NCBI RefSeq assembly: GCF_009914755.1
Contig: NC_060938.1
DNA from: the human T2T-CHM13v2.0 reference genome, Homo sapiens
Length of the DNA stretch: 64,000 nt
Strand: one strand, 5' to 3'
Under the pieces are notes generated by a model. That model made no database searches and was not told the origin of the DNA. It saw nothing but the letters and a program-made list of their open reading frames with translations. How positions within the stretch are numbered: position 1 is the stretch's first letter; every line of letters starts with the position of its first letter. The position numbers were made by a program, and so were the translations under genes. Positions 18,855 to 32,300 of the stretch are shown piece after piece.

Positions 18855-19018
18855 GTGTGTGTGTGTGTGTGTGCGCACGTGCAAAATAACTCACACTGTA
18901 AATTCAAAGCCAAGTATATATTTGCTTATATATGAAAATATATACATATGATATATATACATATGAACACAAATATACATATATATACATGACCACATGT
19001 GTGGGGGTGTGTGTGTGT
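18855..19018. repeat. (GT)n / (TA)-rich compound microsatellite
   Basis: Directly visible in the sequence. Confidence 0.85.
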
Positions 19019-20705
19019 AAAAACATATTACCCAAATTAAAAACTTTTACTCCTCAGGATTTATGCCCTGGCTGCTTCTAAAATGACTCGAGGCAGCAGT
19101 TATAGATTAACATGCAATGCAAAAGTGCAATGAGAAGCTCTAAAACAAAACAGAGTCTACGTAGATGACATTTAAGGAGTAAGTACTTTTTAGTGGAGCC
19201 CTCCTGCTCTTTTTTGACGGCTAAAAGCCAAGCATAAAGGGACTTCTACAGTGATAAAATAACCGTTAACTAATAACATATTTGTCACCTGTTAACTCTC
19301 ACCTTCCCCTTCCCAAATAAAAACTAGAATCATGACAATGACCTATATCTCAGCCTATGGTTTCACCCATATCCCATTCCTCTTGTCTCTTGTTCCCTGT
19401 GTAATAAAGTTAATAATCCAGTTCCACTAGAGTATTCAGGAAGTACGATCTGGGTGGTAAGTCCCCGTAGTGGAATAAAAGGCACACATGATGCTTGCAC
19501 CCTAAAGTCAGTAGGATTGTTACAAGCAACATTTTATTGACTTTTTTTTCTCAGTGATCATTAATCAAGAGATTAAGGAACAAGATGACAGTAATGAGAA
19601 TAATCTGTCTTTCCTTTACTGAGGTCCCAATAATTTTCCCTCCTAAAATAATTTTAAGCAAGCTACGTTTTTAAAATACACGTAAGTAAATTAGGAATTA
19701 ACGTCTTGGTGGGTTGGAGAGTAATACATATACCTTTGATTCATTAGCTCAGATAATAGCATTCTATTCTGAAAACATCTCTCAATTTCCTTTGATCTTT
19801 ATTTTAAAACAAATAAATGGAAAGCATTGCATTTTATGGCCTTAGTTCTCAACTTGAACACCAAATATATTAGACTATATTTTTACTGGACAGTTTAGTA
19901 TTGACAAAGCATATTAATACTAAGATAACTCTATTTCAAATTAAAACTTGCAATCACTAGATTTACATTTGCACTAGCAAATAATGGCATTTAAGAGATT
20001 TGCCTCTCCCCTATCTCTTTCTAAAGTGATAATATAAAATGTGTTAACAATCTCTGCACAGATAGCTTGGAAATAAAGAACAAGAGCTGATCACTGAATA
20101 CCATTTCCATACATTGTTCTAATGCTGTTGTTGTCCTCATCACTTAACCACAGCATCACTCCAGGAGCCCATACATCTCCAGGCATTAGAAAATGCTCAC
20201 AACTGAGACATAGGTCTTTCAGAAGCTGAAATGTATTCTCCAGACTAACATTTCTGTTTTCTAAACTTTACAAGAAAATGGTTTCTAGAGAAGACTGTAT
20301 TTAATGTTTGCCACCTTAGAACCGTAACGTGCCTTTCTTCCAAGGGAAACCTCCAAAAGCAGTCTCTCATTTAGTATTAGATAGTATACTTGCCAAATAG
20401 GCTACAAAGAATGCCAGCCCTGTTTTACAAATGGAGGCCTAAGTGTCATGAGTCCCAGACTCTCCCCATGCAGAGAGAGCAAGAGGAAGCAGTGGACGCG
20501 CACTGAAAGCCACACATTCCACCCGTTTCTTAAATGTGCATTTGTGAGCTCACATGTCAATAGCAGACTCCTTAAACACGTGGGAACAAATAGAATACAT
20601 TGGGAACACTGGCCATTGTGATAAGAATTTAACCTGTTTCTCAGAGCAACTGCAACGGGACAAATTGTATGCAAGTAAAAACCATCTCATTGACCCCAGA
20701 CTCAC

Positions 20706-20856
20706 CTGACCCCTCTTGTCCTCTTGAAGTTCTAAATACCTGCCCAGATTGACGGAAGTCTGCTAGAACAGACTGTGGAGACAGAAGCCCCAAACCCTTA
20801 GTCTTTATATGCCCCTCTTCATCTGTTCAGACATCTCTTTTCACTCTGATTGGCTT
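20706..20856 (-). promoter_or_regulatory. Candidate Pol II promoter and short non-coding first exon
   Basis: On the minus strand: AGCCAATCAG (CCAAT 20849-20853), CATATAAAG (20803-20811), Inr-like CCACAGT near 20775, and consensus donor CAG|GTGAGT at 20706/20705. An ETS motif CGGAAGT lies at 20753-20759 (+). Confidence 0.55.
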
Positions 20857-22608
20857 GTGGTTCTCTCTCACTGCTCCTTGCCTTTGAAATCTTCTCTGGT
20901 CAGCAGTTCTTAGGGTTAATCTCTGCAACTTCCCCAGAGCTTCTACGCACATCCTGGGCATGTATGTGTATTTCCAGTGGCCTAAAGTGACAGTCTGTGG
21001 TAGATAGCTTCTTCCAACTCCTTTTCCTGGAGACTTGCTTCTCCCTTGTGTGGCTTGTCTTGGCTCTTCTAACAGGCTAAGGGTGGTGATCTATTCTCTT
21101 TACCTGCAACTTATAAATCATAATGTGGTTCTGCTTTAGAGGGGTGGTCTACATGATTGGCATATTAACTGCCAGAAAGAAATCTCAGGTTCCATATTTG
21201 AACCTCTACCTCATCTTCTAAGTGAAGTACTACCAAAAAAAATATGATTTATATTATTGCCTTTTCTCTTTGTCACCTTCCTACCCAGATTAGCAATATT
21301 TTCCTTTATGAATCTGACTTTTTTCCTTTTTTCTTTTGTGTCTTGTATAGTTTCCTTTAACACAGTTCACACTATGGGTTGTTTTTCTGAAAAAAAAATT
21401 ATTTTATTCTTCGTTTCCCACACCATATAGGTTCATATTACAGAATGAGCTTACATGATTTCCAAGGAGTAATAACTAGAATAATTTTGTCATTTCTGCT
21501 TCACTTCTTGAGTTCACAAATGAATGCTTAGGTCAGATTCTGTCATAAAAGGCGAAAGGAGTTTCCAAGTTCCTTTGTTTGTGTGAAATTTTATCTATCC
21601 ATTATTTGGTAAAAGCAAGAGAAGAGGTTAGGAAATCTTCAGCTATGCAAAGAGTTTGCTGTTACAGGATTGTTGAAGTGGCAGATATCCAATATGCCAT
21701 TTTTGAATGTCACCATGACCATTTCTGATCACCAGAATGTGATAGCATTACTACTTAACATGTAATTGAGTTTTACAGCCTTGGTCTATACACAGAGATG
21801 GCAAGAACATCTTTTTGAAACCATGTTTCATTGAACTTAACAGATTTCTGCCTAACAGATAAATATCAGTTTCCCTGAAGTTCTTCATTTTTGTGAAATT
21901 CAATTAGTGATGAGATTTAACATTTTCAGCAATAAATTCCTAACATCCTAGGTTTAATCTGTTGAAATCTTGAAACGACGAATTCATCCCTCCTTCCCAA
22001 TTTCTCTGGATGGAGGTGTAGTGAATGTCCTCTCAGAATTCTCAAACACTGAGTTATTTTTGAGGCAGAACATTTCCACTGGTTGCCCTTGGGTAGATAT
22101 GCAGTATTATCACATTACCTTTGAAATCTCTCTAGACTGCGACCCACATTCTCAGCAAGGCAACTGTATATGAACACCTTGTTCTCCATCAACTTTTTTA
22201 TTTTATTTTTAATGACATCTCCCTTGAGTATCTGGTCACTTTGTAAGGTCTCCATCCATTGAGTTGAGTACATGTGATACATATGTCTGTAAATTGGATG
22301 GATATTTTCTTTGCTCAATTTAGAAGTACCAAGAACTTTATTAATATATCCCCAAATATTTCAGTTGTAAAGTTCACAATATTGTCCTAGAGAATTACAT
22401 CAGTATTTCTTGTATTTTTTTCTTCTTACTCTGTACCCCAGTTATACATATGTATATGTGTTTATACATTTATAGTTAAAAATATATTTTCTATCTATCT
22501 CTCTAACTCACAATTCAGGCTTTGATAAAAGAAATGCTTCACTTAAATACAAGATCTTGATATTCACCATTGCTCTCTGTGGACACAGATCTTGGTGTGC
22601 TATCTTTC

Positions 22609-22911
22609 TTTGTTTTTTTTTCTTTTTTGAGATGGAATTTCACTCTTGTTGCCCAGGCTGGACTGCAAGGTGCTGTCTCGGCTCACTGCAGCCTCAGCCT
22701 CCCGGATTCAAGTGATTCTCCTGCCTTGGCCTCCCAAGTAGCTGGGATTACAGGCATGTGTCACCACGTCCAGCGAATTTTTTGTATTTTAAGTAGAGTC
22801 AGGGTTTCACCATGTTAGGCATGATGGTCTCGATCTTCCGACCTCAGATGATATGCCCACCTCAGCCTCCCAAAGTGCTGGCATTACAGGCGTGAGCCAC
22901 CATGCCCGGCC
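22609..22911 (-). mobile_element. AluS (Sq/Sp-like)
   Basis: Antisense Alu containing tttcactcttgttgcccagg. TSD atctttc. Confidence 0.93.
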
Positions 22912-23885
22912 CAATCTTTCATAATAATATTTTTCACATGGGCTGTCTGAAAAAAATCTTAAGAAGTCATTGTCTCACTGTCTTGTCCTACCATCTCCAG
23001 ATGCCCAAACCAGTCTTCAGAAGTGAGCTTAGCTAATAAAGGCTTCAAATGTTTTGTCTACCCCAAGATACCTTCATTTTAATCAAGAATAAAACTTAAT
23101 ACATTTCTAAATGGCAGGTTTCCAGATACCCTTGATGGGGGTAGGGATACCCTTGATGGGGGTGGGGAAATTGAGGTAGAAATATTGCCAGTGCTTTGAA
23201 AGGGACACAATGAAAGAGGCAAAATACTTGCAACTTTAATGACTGAAATTATTCCAATTAATAATTGTACTTTCATATATTTTTTCTAATATTTACCCTA
23301 CAAGGTGGGTATTGTTCACAAATAAGGAAGATGAAGCTCCCAGTTATTATGTGACTTGCTCAGGGTGACAGGGCACAGAAGTGGCCGAGCCAGGTCTGTC
23401 AATGCCCATGCCTGACCACCTGTTCCTGCACAAAGACCCTGTTGGAAGGTGTTGAGGAAAGGATAAGTGAGAGCTAAAAATTTCCAAGTATCAGCTACAA
23501 GTAATTTGAGATTTTTATAGGAAAAGAAGTTTGGACCAGAAAATATATCTGGAGAACCTAAAATCTCCCCTCTCAACACTTTCCTAAAATCTGAAAAAAG
23601 TGAAAGAGTAAAACAGAAAGAACAGGGGCTTAAAGTCAGAAAGCACCGGGTCAAAGTCTGCTACTGCCTCTTACACTGCCTCATACCTTGAGTAAAAATA
23701 CATAGTTTTGTATCCATGTTCTCCCATTGAGTAAAAGAATATAATGTCAACTCCATAGGGCTACTATGAGGATTAAATGATGTAATTTATATGAAAGTCT
23801 CAGGATAAGTGTTCTGTTTATAGTGTAAACTCAATAAATGGTCTTTACTTCTCCTTTCATCCATTGTTATAATTTATTTACAACA

Positions 23886-24494
<609 letters not shown>

Positions 24495-24569
24495 TGCAAC
24501 CTTTAAATAGCTGCAAAGGAAGAGGCTTTTCAAGTCTGTAACTACATATACCTAAATGAGTGCTAGACA

Positions 24570-24825
24570 ACAGCTGTACTACCTTGGTTAAGAGCATCGG
24601 TTCTAAATTGTAACTGCTAGTTCAGATCCTGGTTCTTCTCTTTACGAATTTTGTGATCTTGGCCCATTGGCTCAACACTACTGTGTGTCAATATCCTTAG
24701 GGAAAATACTGGCACTTACTTTGTGAGATTTTCTGAGATTCAATCAAATTCATTAATGAAAGTTAAGTGCTTACTATAGTAGCCAGAACTCAGTAAGTGC
24801 TCCATAAATGCTAGCTGTTATTACT
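24570..24825 (+). mobile_element. MIR
   Basis: ggttaagagcat…tgtgatcttgg…cagtaagtgctccataaatgctagctg. Confidence 0.7.
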
Positions 24826-24850
24826 AACCAAGCACATAATAGATTTAGAA

Positions 24851-25066
24851 GAATCATTCTCAACAGGGTTCATCTTGCTCCCAGAGGACATCGAACAATA
24901 TCTAGAGACATTTCTGGTTGTTACAACTCGGTAGGAAGCTGCTCCTGGAATCTAGATCATAGAGGTCAGGGACGCTGCTAAACATCCTAAAATATAAAAG
25001 ACAGCCTACCCCACAAGGAACTATTCAGTCCAAAATGTCAATAAAGCTGAGGCAGAGAAATAATGA
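24851..25066. mobile_element. MER20 (hAT-Charlie) DNA transposon
   Basis: ttctcaacaggg…tctagagacatttctggttgttacaact…agaggtcagggacgctgctaaacatccta…caaaatgtcaata…gctgaggcagagaaa. Confidence 0.85.
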
Positions 25067-26614
25067 GCTAGAAAAATCACCTTTAGTCAACAAAGATCCT
25101 GAGATGTTTTCTCCATAGGGCATTAGATACCACTAACCAAATATTGCTGGCAAACAAAATAACCCTATGAAACTGCACCCCATCCAATACCAAGTAAGCT
25201 AATGCTGGAAAAAGTCAAAATGATAATTGGATATATGGAAGTATAACACTCTAGTATGTCTTAGAGTTATTTAAAAATACTCCTTTGAAAGAGTAATCTT
25301 TATTTCTAATTAGAATCACTTTTCTAAAATTTATTGAATAGAATTCTGAGAGTGATGAGCAAGGATATAAAAAAGCTTTAGAGACTACAGGTCCCATCAA
25401 AATTAATGCCTGCAAATTATCTAGAGTTCTTCTCCCACAGGACCCAGCAAGAAAAAATGGTGTACTTACAATGGATACTGGGTAGGAGAGAAAGTGGCCA
25501 TGAATTTTCATGCTTCTTTATATTTTCATCCTCCTCAACCTAGCCTAGATAATTTTTGGATGGTGGGATTATTTAAAGAAAGCTAAATGAGAAGGGCTCA
25601 AAGTATCTTTTTCCTTGCAGTCCTGATCTCTTAAATTTAGCCAGAGCTCTAGCTGAGAGGATTTCTTAACCATCCTTCCTATGAGCTTCGCTGTATCTCC
25701 TCCAGCTTGTGTTGAAGAGAGTATATTGTCCACTTGAAACAAAACCTAATAAGACTAACAGAAACACTTTCTTCATAAAAAAATAGCCTCTTAAGTCTGA
25801 AGAGCCTCTGAAGTCTGAAGTTCCTTAAGGAACACACCATTGACCCTGAACTTCATTACTTGGGAACTGATGGTTGGTTCTCAGGGAACTGCTAAGTAAC
25901 AGTGAGATCCCTTTCCTTCTTCAGTCCTTGGTATGGAGGTACTGCTCAAACACAGAACAGGGTTCCAGTGATGATACATGAAAAGGTATGACTCCTTTCT
26001 TATGCTTGCAGGTGAGACTCACAACAGAGGCTTATATATATACACAGAATGTGCACACTGTTGTCTGCCATAATGTTAAAGGAGGACTCTGTAATATTCC
26101 AATTATAGTGGGCTTAATAACAGTGCCTAAAGAAATCATTCCTGTATTAGTCCATTCTCACACTTCTACAAAGATACTACCCAAGATGGGATAATTTATA
26201 AACGAAAGAGGTTTAATTGACTCACAGTCCCACATAGCTAGGGAGACCTCAGGAAACTTACAATCATGGTGGAAGGAAAAGTAGGCACTTTCTTCTCAAG
26301 GCAGCAGGAAAGAGTATGCGTGTGTGAGCACAGGAAAAACTATCATTTATAAAACCATCAGATCTCGTGAAAATTCACTCACTATTACGAGAACAGCATG
26401 GGGAAACCACCCCCATAATCCAATCACTTCCCTTCCCTGACACTTGGGGATTATAGGTCCCTCCCTCTACATGTGGGGATTACAATTTGAGTTGAGATTT
26501 GGGTGTGGACACTGCTAAACCATATCATTCTGCCCCCGGCCCCTCCAAATCTCATGTCCCTTACACATTTCAAAACCAATCATGCCTTCTCAACAGTCCC
26601 CCAATGTCTTAGCT

Positions 26615-27095
26615 TGTGGGAGTTCAGTCAGGCTGGTGGGAAAAATTTTAAAGATAGTTATAAGAAAAAGACACAAACCTTGGAAGGCCAGGGGGGTTTG
26701 CATAAGCTCCAGTAATAGATCAGGCTGAAGGCAGCGTAATCCTTACCTTGAGTTAATTGCTTAGGGCGTAGAGTAGTTTATCTAAATAGCTTCTTTACTC
26801 CTGTGGTCCTAAAACCATCCTTTGATAACTGCTGCTGCATAATTGCTCTCTGCTTGGGAGGTCAGCAATGTCAATTACCCTCTAGTGGTGTTTACTCAAG
26901 ACCTTTGTCATTTATGCTGAATAAAGGCGAGGTTTGCTGGCTGATTGGCTGGTCTGCGGCTGCAACTGTTTACAGCACTCTCCTTGGTGTCTGTAGGTGG
27001 CCCGGACTCTCAGCTGGACGACAGGCAAAATATCTGTGTCCGTGTACGTTATTCATCTGTCACTGGGTCAAGGTCTCCGGGACAGACCCCCTACA
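26615..27095 (+). mobile_element. 5' LTR (LTR22-type)
   Basis: TG…CA ends, AATAAA near 26920, homologous to 34210-35280. Confidence 0.92.
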
Positions 27096-27097
27096 GC

Positions 27098-27115
27098 TGG
27101 CGCTCCGTGTGAGGA
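27098..27115 (+). other. Primer-binding site complementary to the elongator tRNA-Met 3' end
   Basis: tggcgctccgtgtgagga versus recalled TGGTGCCCCGTGTGAGGA (16/18), 2 nt after the LTR. Confidence 0.85.
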
Positions 27116-27252
27116 ATGCTGCGAAGGATCACGACGGACCCCCCAAAATGAAGGTGAAAAGGACCGCAGAGTCAGTGAGTCAGTAAGTCAGTGGTGCCTG
27201 CTTGGAATTTCCTAGTCCAGGGGTGGGGGATTGTTCAGGCTGAGGTTTCATC

Positions 27253-28720
27253 ATGGGACAACAGTTATCAGTGCAACAGAAATAGTATATAAAAGTATTG
27301 AAACCGCTGCTTAAGGCTAGTGGAGCCAGGGTTTCGCAGGCTCAATTAAGGGATCTAATGAAAACTGTTGTAACCCATAATACATGGTTCCCAAAAGAAG
27401 GCACACTAGATGTAGAGCTCTGGGAACAAGTGGGAACAAATCTTAAACAACATCAGGTGTAAGGTCTATGGGTCCCAGTATCATCTTTAACGTAGGGGCC
27501 TTAGTAAGGGCGGCTTTGGTCCCACTATACACAGAAGAGCCTAAAAAGGTGAAGGAGGAGGAACTGTCACATACTTTACCACCCCTGAGTCCCTCAGACC
27601 TGCTATCACTGGGGAAAAATAACAAAGAGGAAACAGAGGTCTTGCCTGAACCTCCTCCTCCAATAAATAGGAAAAAAGACAAGAGACACACTCCAGCTAT
27701 GGGACCTTGCCTTAAGCAAGCGGCATTAGAAGGGGAGCTTTCAGCCTGCCTGGTAGTGCAAGACTGACAAGGCAATCAGCAACATGAACCCATTTCTTTT
27801 AACGCTTATAAAGAGCTAAGAAAAAGCATTAAAGAAAATGGAGCCACTAGCCCATTTACAAAAGGAATAATTAAGGACTTGGCAGACAACTTCCGTATGA
27901 CCCCATGGGACTGGTCAATGCTAGCTAAAACAACTTTGGACCCTAGCCAATACCTCCTTTGGAAGGCAGAATATGATGAGTTGTGTGAACAACAAGCCAA
28001 CCAGAATCAGGCAGACAGGCAAGACATAACAGCTGCTATGCTCCAGGGGAGGGGTCCCCATGCTGATGTACAACAACAACTAGATTTTGATCCCCAGGCC
28101 TATGCTCAAGTGTCTTTGTGTGCTCTCAGGGCTTGGGACTGAATTCCCAAAAGCGGAGTTCAACAGGGATCTTTTATAAATGTTCGACAGGGGCCTCAGG
28201 AGCCATGTGTTGAGTTTATCAATCGGTAAACCAAAGCAAATAAGAGACAAATTAGTCACGCCCAGGCCACTGATATCTTATTGGTGCAACTGGCTTTTGA
28301 AAATGCTAATGTGGATCGCCAGCAAGCAATGCAGGCAATCAGAGGAAAGGCAGCCACAGTCAGGGAACTTATACAACCATGTCAGCTGGTGGGAACTGAG
28401 ACACACAAAGCCAAAATATTGGCTATGGCATTAAGGGCTCCTAAAGTAAAAAGGGAGAGAAGCCAAAATTATTTCCTATGCGGAAAGCCAGGTCATATGA
28501 ACAAGGAATGCCCCCATAGTAGAGACCAAAGTAACTCAGGAAAGAACCCCCTTCTATATGCCCCCAATGTAAAAAGGGGAAACATTAGGCAAATCAATGC
28601 AGGTCAAAATTTGAAAAAAACGGAAACCCCATAAGTAACCAGGTAGGAAACTTCATGAGGCCCCGCTACAAATGGGCAACGCCAGCAGCTTTCCTTGGTC
28701 AGATGGAAAGTCCACAGTCC
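27253..28720 (+). pseudogene. gag: Retroviral gag, disrupted
   Basis: Myristoylation-type start MGQQLS, CA motifs (MTPWDWSMLAKTTL, QLAFENANVD) and zinc knuckle FLCGKPGHMNKEC. Multiple stops and frameshifts. Confidence 0.88.
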
Positions 28721-29410
28721 TCTCTCTCAGAGCAGGCACCACTGGGAATGCAGGACTGGACTTACTCTGCCCCAGTGAATTAGTGCTTAAAGAAGAAGAC
28801 CCTAAAAGGGTTACAACTGGGATCTGGGGCCCACTGCCTCTGGGAACAGTGGGATTAGTCCTAGGGTGGTCTAGCTTATCTGGTAAAGGAATTAATGTGC
28901 TCACTGGGGTAATTGATAGTGATTACCAAGGTGAGATATAGGTTAAGATGGAATGTAAAGGTCTGCATATTCTTCCCCCTTGATCAAAGACAGCTCAGTT
29001 ACTGATTTTACCATACTAGGTCCCCAAAGCCCACAGAAAGGAAAGGGGAAGGGAAGTTTGGGAAGCACAGGAGACACAGGAGTATATTGGAATCAATTAA
29101 TCACTGACCAGAGACCCATGATTACCTTAGAAATTAGAAATAAGAATTTTACTGGCTTATTGGACACAAGGGCAGACATTTCAATTATTAGTGATCAAAA
29201 CTGGCCAGAAACTTGGGCTTGGGTCACTCAGAAACAAAAAATTGTCGGCATTGGGGAAGTGCACACAGCCAAGCAGAGAACGTGCCCCCTAACATGTTGC
29301 AATTCAGAAGGAAGAAAGGCAATTATGCAACCTCTAATCATGCCCATCCCTGTTAATCTTTGGGGATGGGACCCATTAGCCCAATGGGGGTCACTCTGCA
29401 GACCCCTTTC
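28650..29410 (+). pseudogene. pro: dUTPase-protease (pro), disrupted
   Basis: dUTPase motifs AGLDL, GWSSL and GVIDSDYQGEI. Protease active site [14 protein letters not shown] (DTG changed to DTR) and [10 protein letters not shown]. Confidence 0.88.
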
Positions 29411-29751
29411 TAACAAGGGCCACTGTTATTATTCTTCCCCTACCCCGATGTGGCTCTCTCAAGATCCTATTTGGGTAGAACAGTGGCCTCTGAAGGGAGA
29501 GAAATTACAGAGGGTCCATGAATTAGTTGAAGAGCAATTAAAAGCTGGACATGTGGAACCATCTAATAGTCCTTGGAATTCGCCCATTTTCCTCATTCCC
29601 AAAAAGTCTGGGAAATGGAGACTTTTGCATGACTTACGTGCTGTTAATGTCAATTTGCAACATATGGGACCCCTTCAGCAGGGGCTCCTTTCCCCCATGG
29701 TGATTACTCAAGATTGGCCTACAATCATTATTGACTTAAAGGACTGTTTTA

Positions 29752-29800
<49 letters not shown>

Positions 29801-32300
29801 GTTATACTTTAAGTTCTAGGGTACATGTGCACAACATGGTTTGACACATAGGTATACATGTGCCACGTTGGTTTACTGCACCCATCAACTCGTCATTTAC
29901 ATTAGGTATTTCTTCTAATGCTATCCCTCCCCCAGCCCTCCATAACCCAAGAGGCCCTGGTGTGTGATGTTCCCCGCCCTGTGTCCAAGTGATCTCATTG
30001 TTCAACTCCCACTTGTGAGTGAGAACATACAGTGTTTGGTTTTCTGTCCTTGAAGGACTGTTTTTATATGATTCCCTTAGCAGAACAGGACAGAGAAAAA
30101 TTTGCGTTTACAATACCAGCTATCAATAATGAAAGGCCAGCTTGTCAATTTCATTGGAAAGTGCTTCCTCAAGGAATGCTAAATAGTCCTACCATGTGTC
30201 AGTATCATGTAAATCAAGCTTTGCTACCCAGTAGAAAAGAATTTCCTGATTGCAAGGTTATTCATTTATGGATGATATTCTACTAGCAGCCCCAATGGAG
30301 CCAATGCTTTTAAATGTATTTACCTCTGTCATAAAGAATACATAGCTAAAAGGTTTAATCATTGCACCCGAGAAAGTATAGATGTCTTCTCCTTGGAAAT
30401 ATCGTGGGTACATACTAACTTCCCAGTCAGTAAGATCTCAAAATGTTAAATTAAATATTAGAAACTTACACACCTTAAATGATGATCAGAAATTACTAGG
30501 TGATATCAACTAGCTCTGCCCTACTCTGGGTATATCTACGGATAAGCTGCAAAACCTGTTTTCTATCTTAAAGGGCAATACAGCCCTAGATTCTCCCAGA
30601 TATTTAACCCCTGCAGCAAAAGGGAAATTGAGGAAATAGAATAAACCATCTCTCAGAGGCACCTAGATAGCATAGATCCAGGCTACTCAATTCAAATGTT
30701 TATCTTTCCCACCAAACACTCCCCTACAGGGTTAACCACAGACCCCAGGACTGCACTTTCTAGAATGGTTTTTTTGTTTTTGCTCACATACCAGGACTAA
30801 AACACTAGTTCCCTATATCCAGTTACTTAGTAAAGTCATCTATTCAGGCTGCAAATGATGCAGTCAGTTGCTAGGTTATGATCCTAATATCATCAGGATT
30901 CCTTTAAGTAAAAAGCAGTTAGAAGCAGTATTGCCCTTATCGATGGACTTGCAAATAGCACTCTCTGATTACACAGAACAAATAGAGCATGTCCTTCCCG
31001 CTGACAAACTCCTTCATTTCTTATCTTGTACTCCTGTGATCTTGCCTACACAAACAGTTCACTCCCCCATACCTAATGCTTTAACACTGTTTACTGATGG
31101 ATCTGGTAAACATGGAAAGGCGGCAGTCTTTTGGAGACTACATAATTCACTCACTTGATCTGGATTTACTAGCACTCAAAGAGCTGAGACTGGGGCCCTG
31201 ATATTGGCCTTGGAAACTTTTTCGGCTCAGCCCATCAATATTGTTAGCGACTATGCCTACTCTATTTATTGCAGAACCTTGCAACAGCCCTAATTAAGTC
31301 CACTCTGGAGCCCACCCTGTGTGCTCTTTTTCTTAGACTTCAGCAATTGCTAGATCAGTGTATACATCCTATTTTTATCACACATTTTTGAGCCCAGAGT
31401 TCACTGCCTGGCCTATTGGCTTACGGCAATGATCAAGCAGACCTTCAGGTTATGACATCACTGCTTGACCAAGCCACCCAATCACATCAATTTTTACACC
31501 AAAATTAGAGAAACTTATCTAAACAATTTCAACTCACCCAGAGACTAGCTAAACAAATTATCCTGCAATGCCCAGATTGCCAGCTCACAGGCGCATCCCC
31601 ACCTTCAACACGTGTTAACCCTAGAGGACTAGAACCTAATCAGTTACGGTAAACAGATGTTACACACATCCCCGAATTTGGAAAACTTAGATACGTACGT
31701 GTATCCATTGATACCAATTCTCAATTAGTGCCCATGCTTTGCCTGGAGATTCCACCCAATATGTCATTAAACATCTTTTAACTTTTGCATTTATGGGATG
31801 GCCCACAAAAATTAAAACTGATAACGGTCCAGTTTATGTCAGCTCACAATTTCAACAATTTTGTCACACATGGGATATCCAACATTCCACAGGCATCCCA
31901 TATGACCCCCAAGGACAGGCCATAGTAGAACGTGCCCACTCCACCCTTAAAAATATGCTCAAAAAACAGAAGAGGGGGAGTATGGGTAAAGACCCTGCAA
32001 CGCTACTAGCACAAGCCTTATTTACCCTTAATTTTTAAAATTTAGATGACAAATTTCAATCAGCTGTAGAAAAGCACTTTGCTAAAACCTCTCAAGACAT
32101 AAAACCTGCAGTTTTATGGAAAGATGTAAACAGTAATATATGGTGTGGTCCAAATGAATTACTAACTTGGGGAAGAGGGTACACTTCTGTCCACACCCCC
32201 TCAGGTCCTCTTTAGATTCCAGCATGATGCATCAAACCATACCATGGCATGGCTAGGACCCAACCCGGTACCAGAAATGAAGGAACTGACCTTACAGGAC
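29400..32300 (+). pseudogene. pol: pol (RT-RNase H-integrase), disrupted and split by an L1 insertion
   Basis: [45 protein letters not shown], frameshifted xMDD near 30270, RNase H FTDGS, integrase KTDNGP and PQGQAIVERAH. Confidence 0.92.
29751..30052 (-). mobile_element. L1PA (about PA6/7) 3' end, ~300 bp, with a (TA)n tail
   Basis: ttatactttaagttctagggtacatgtgcac… TSD aaggactgtttt at 29739-29750 and 30053-30064. Confidence 0.93.
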
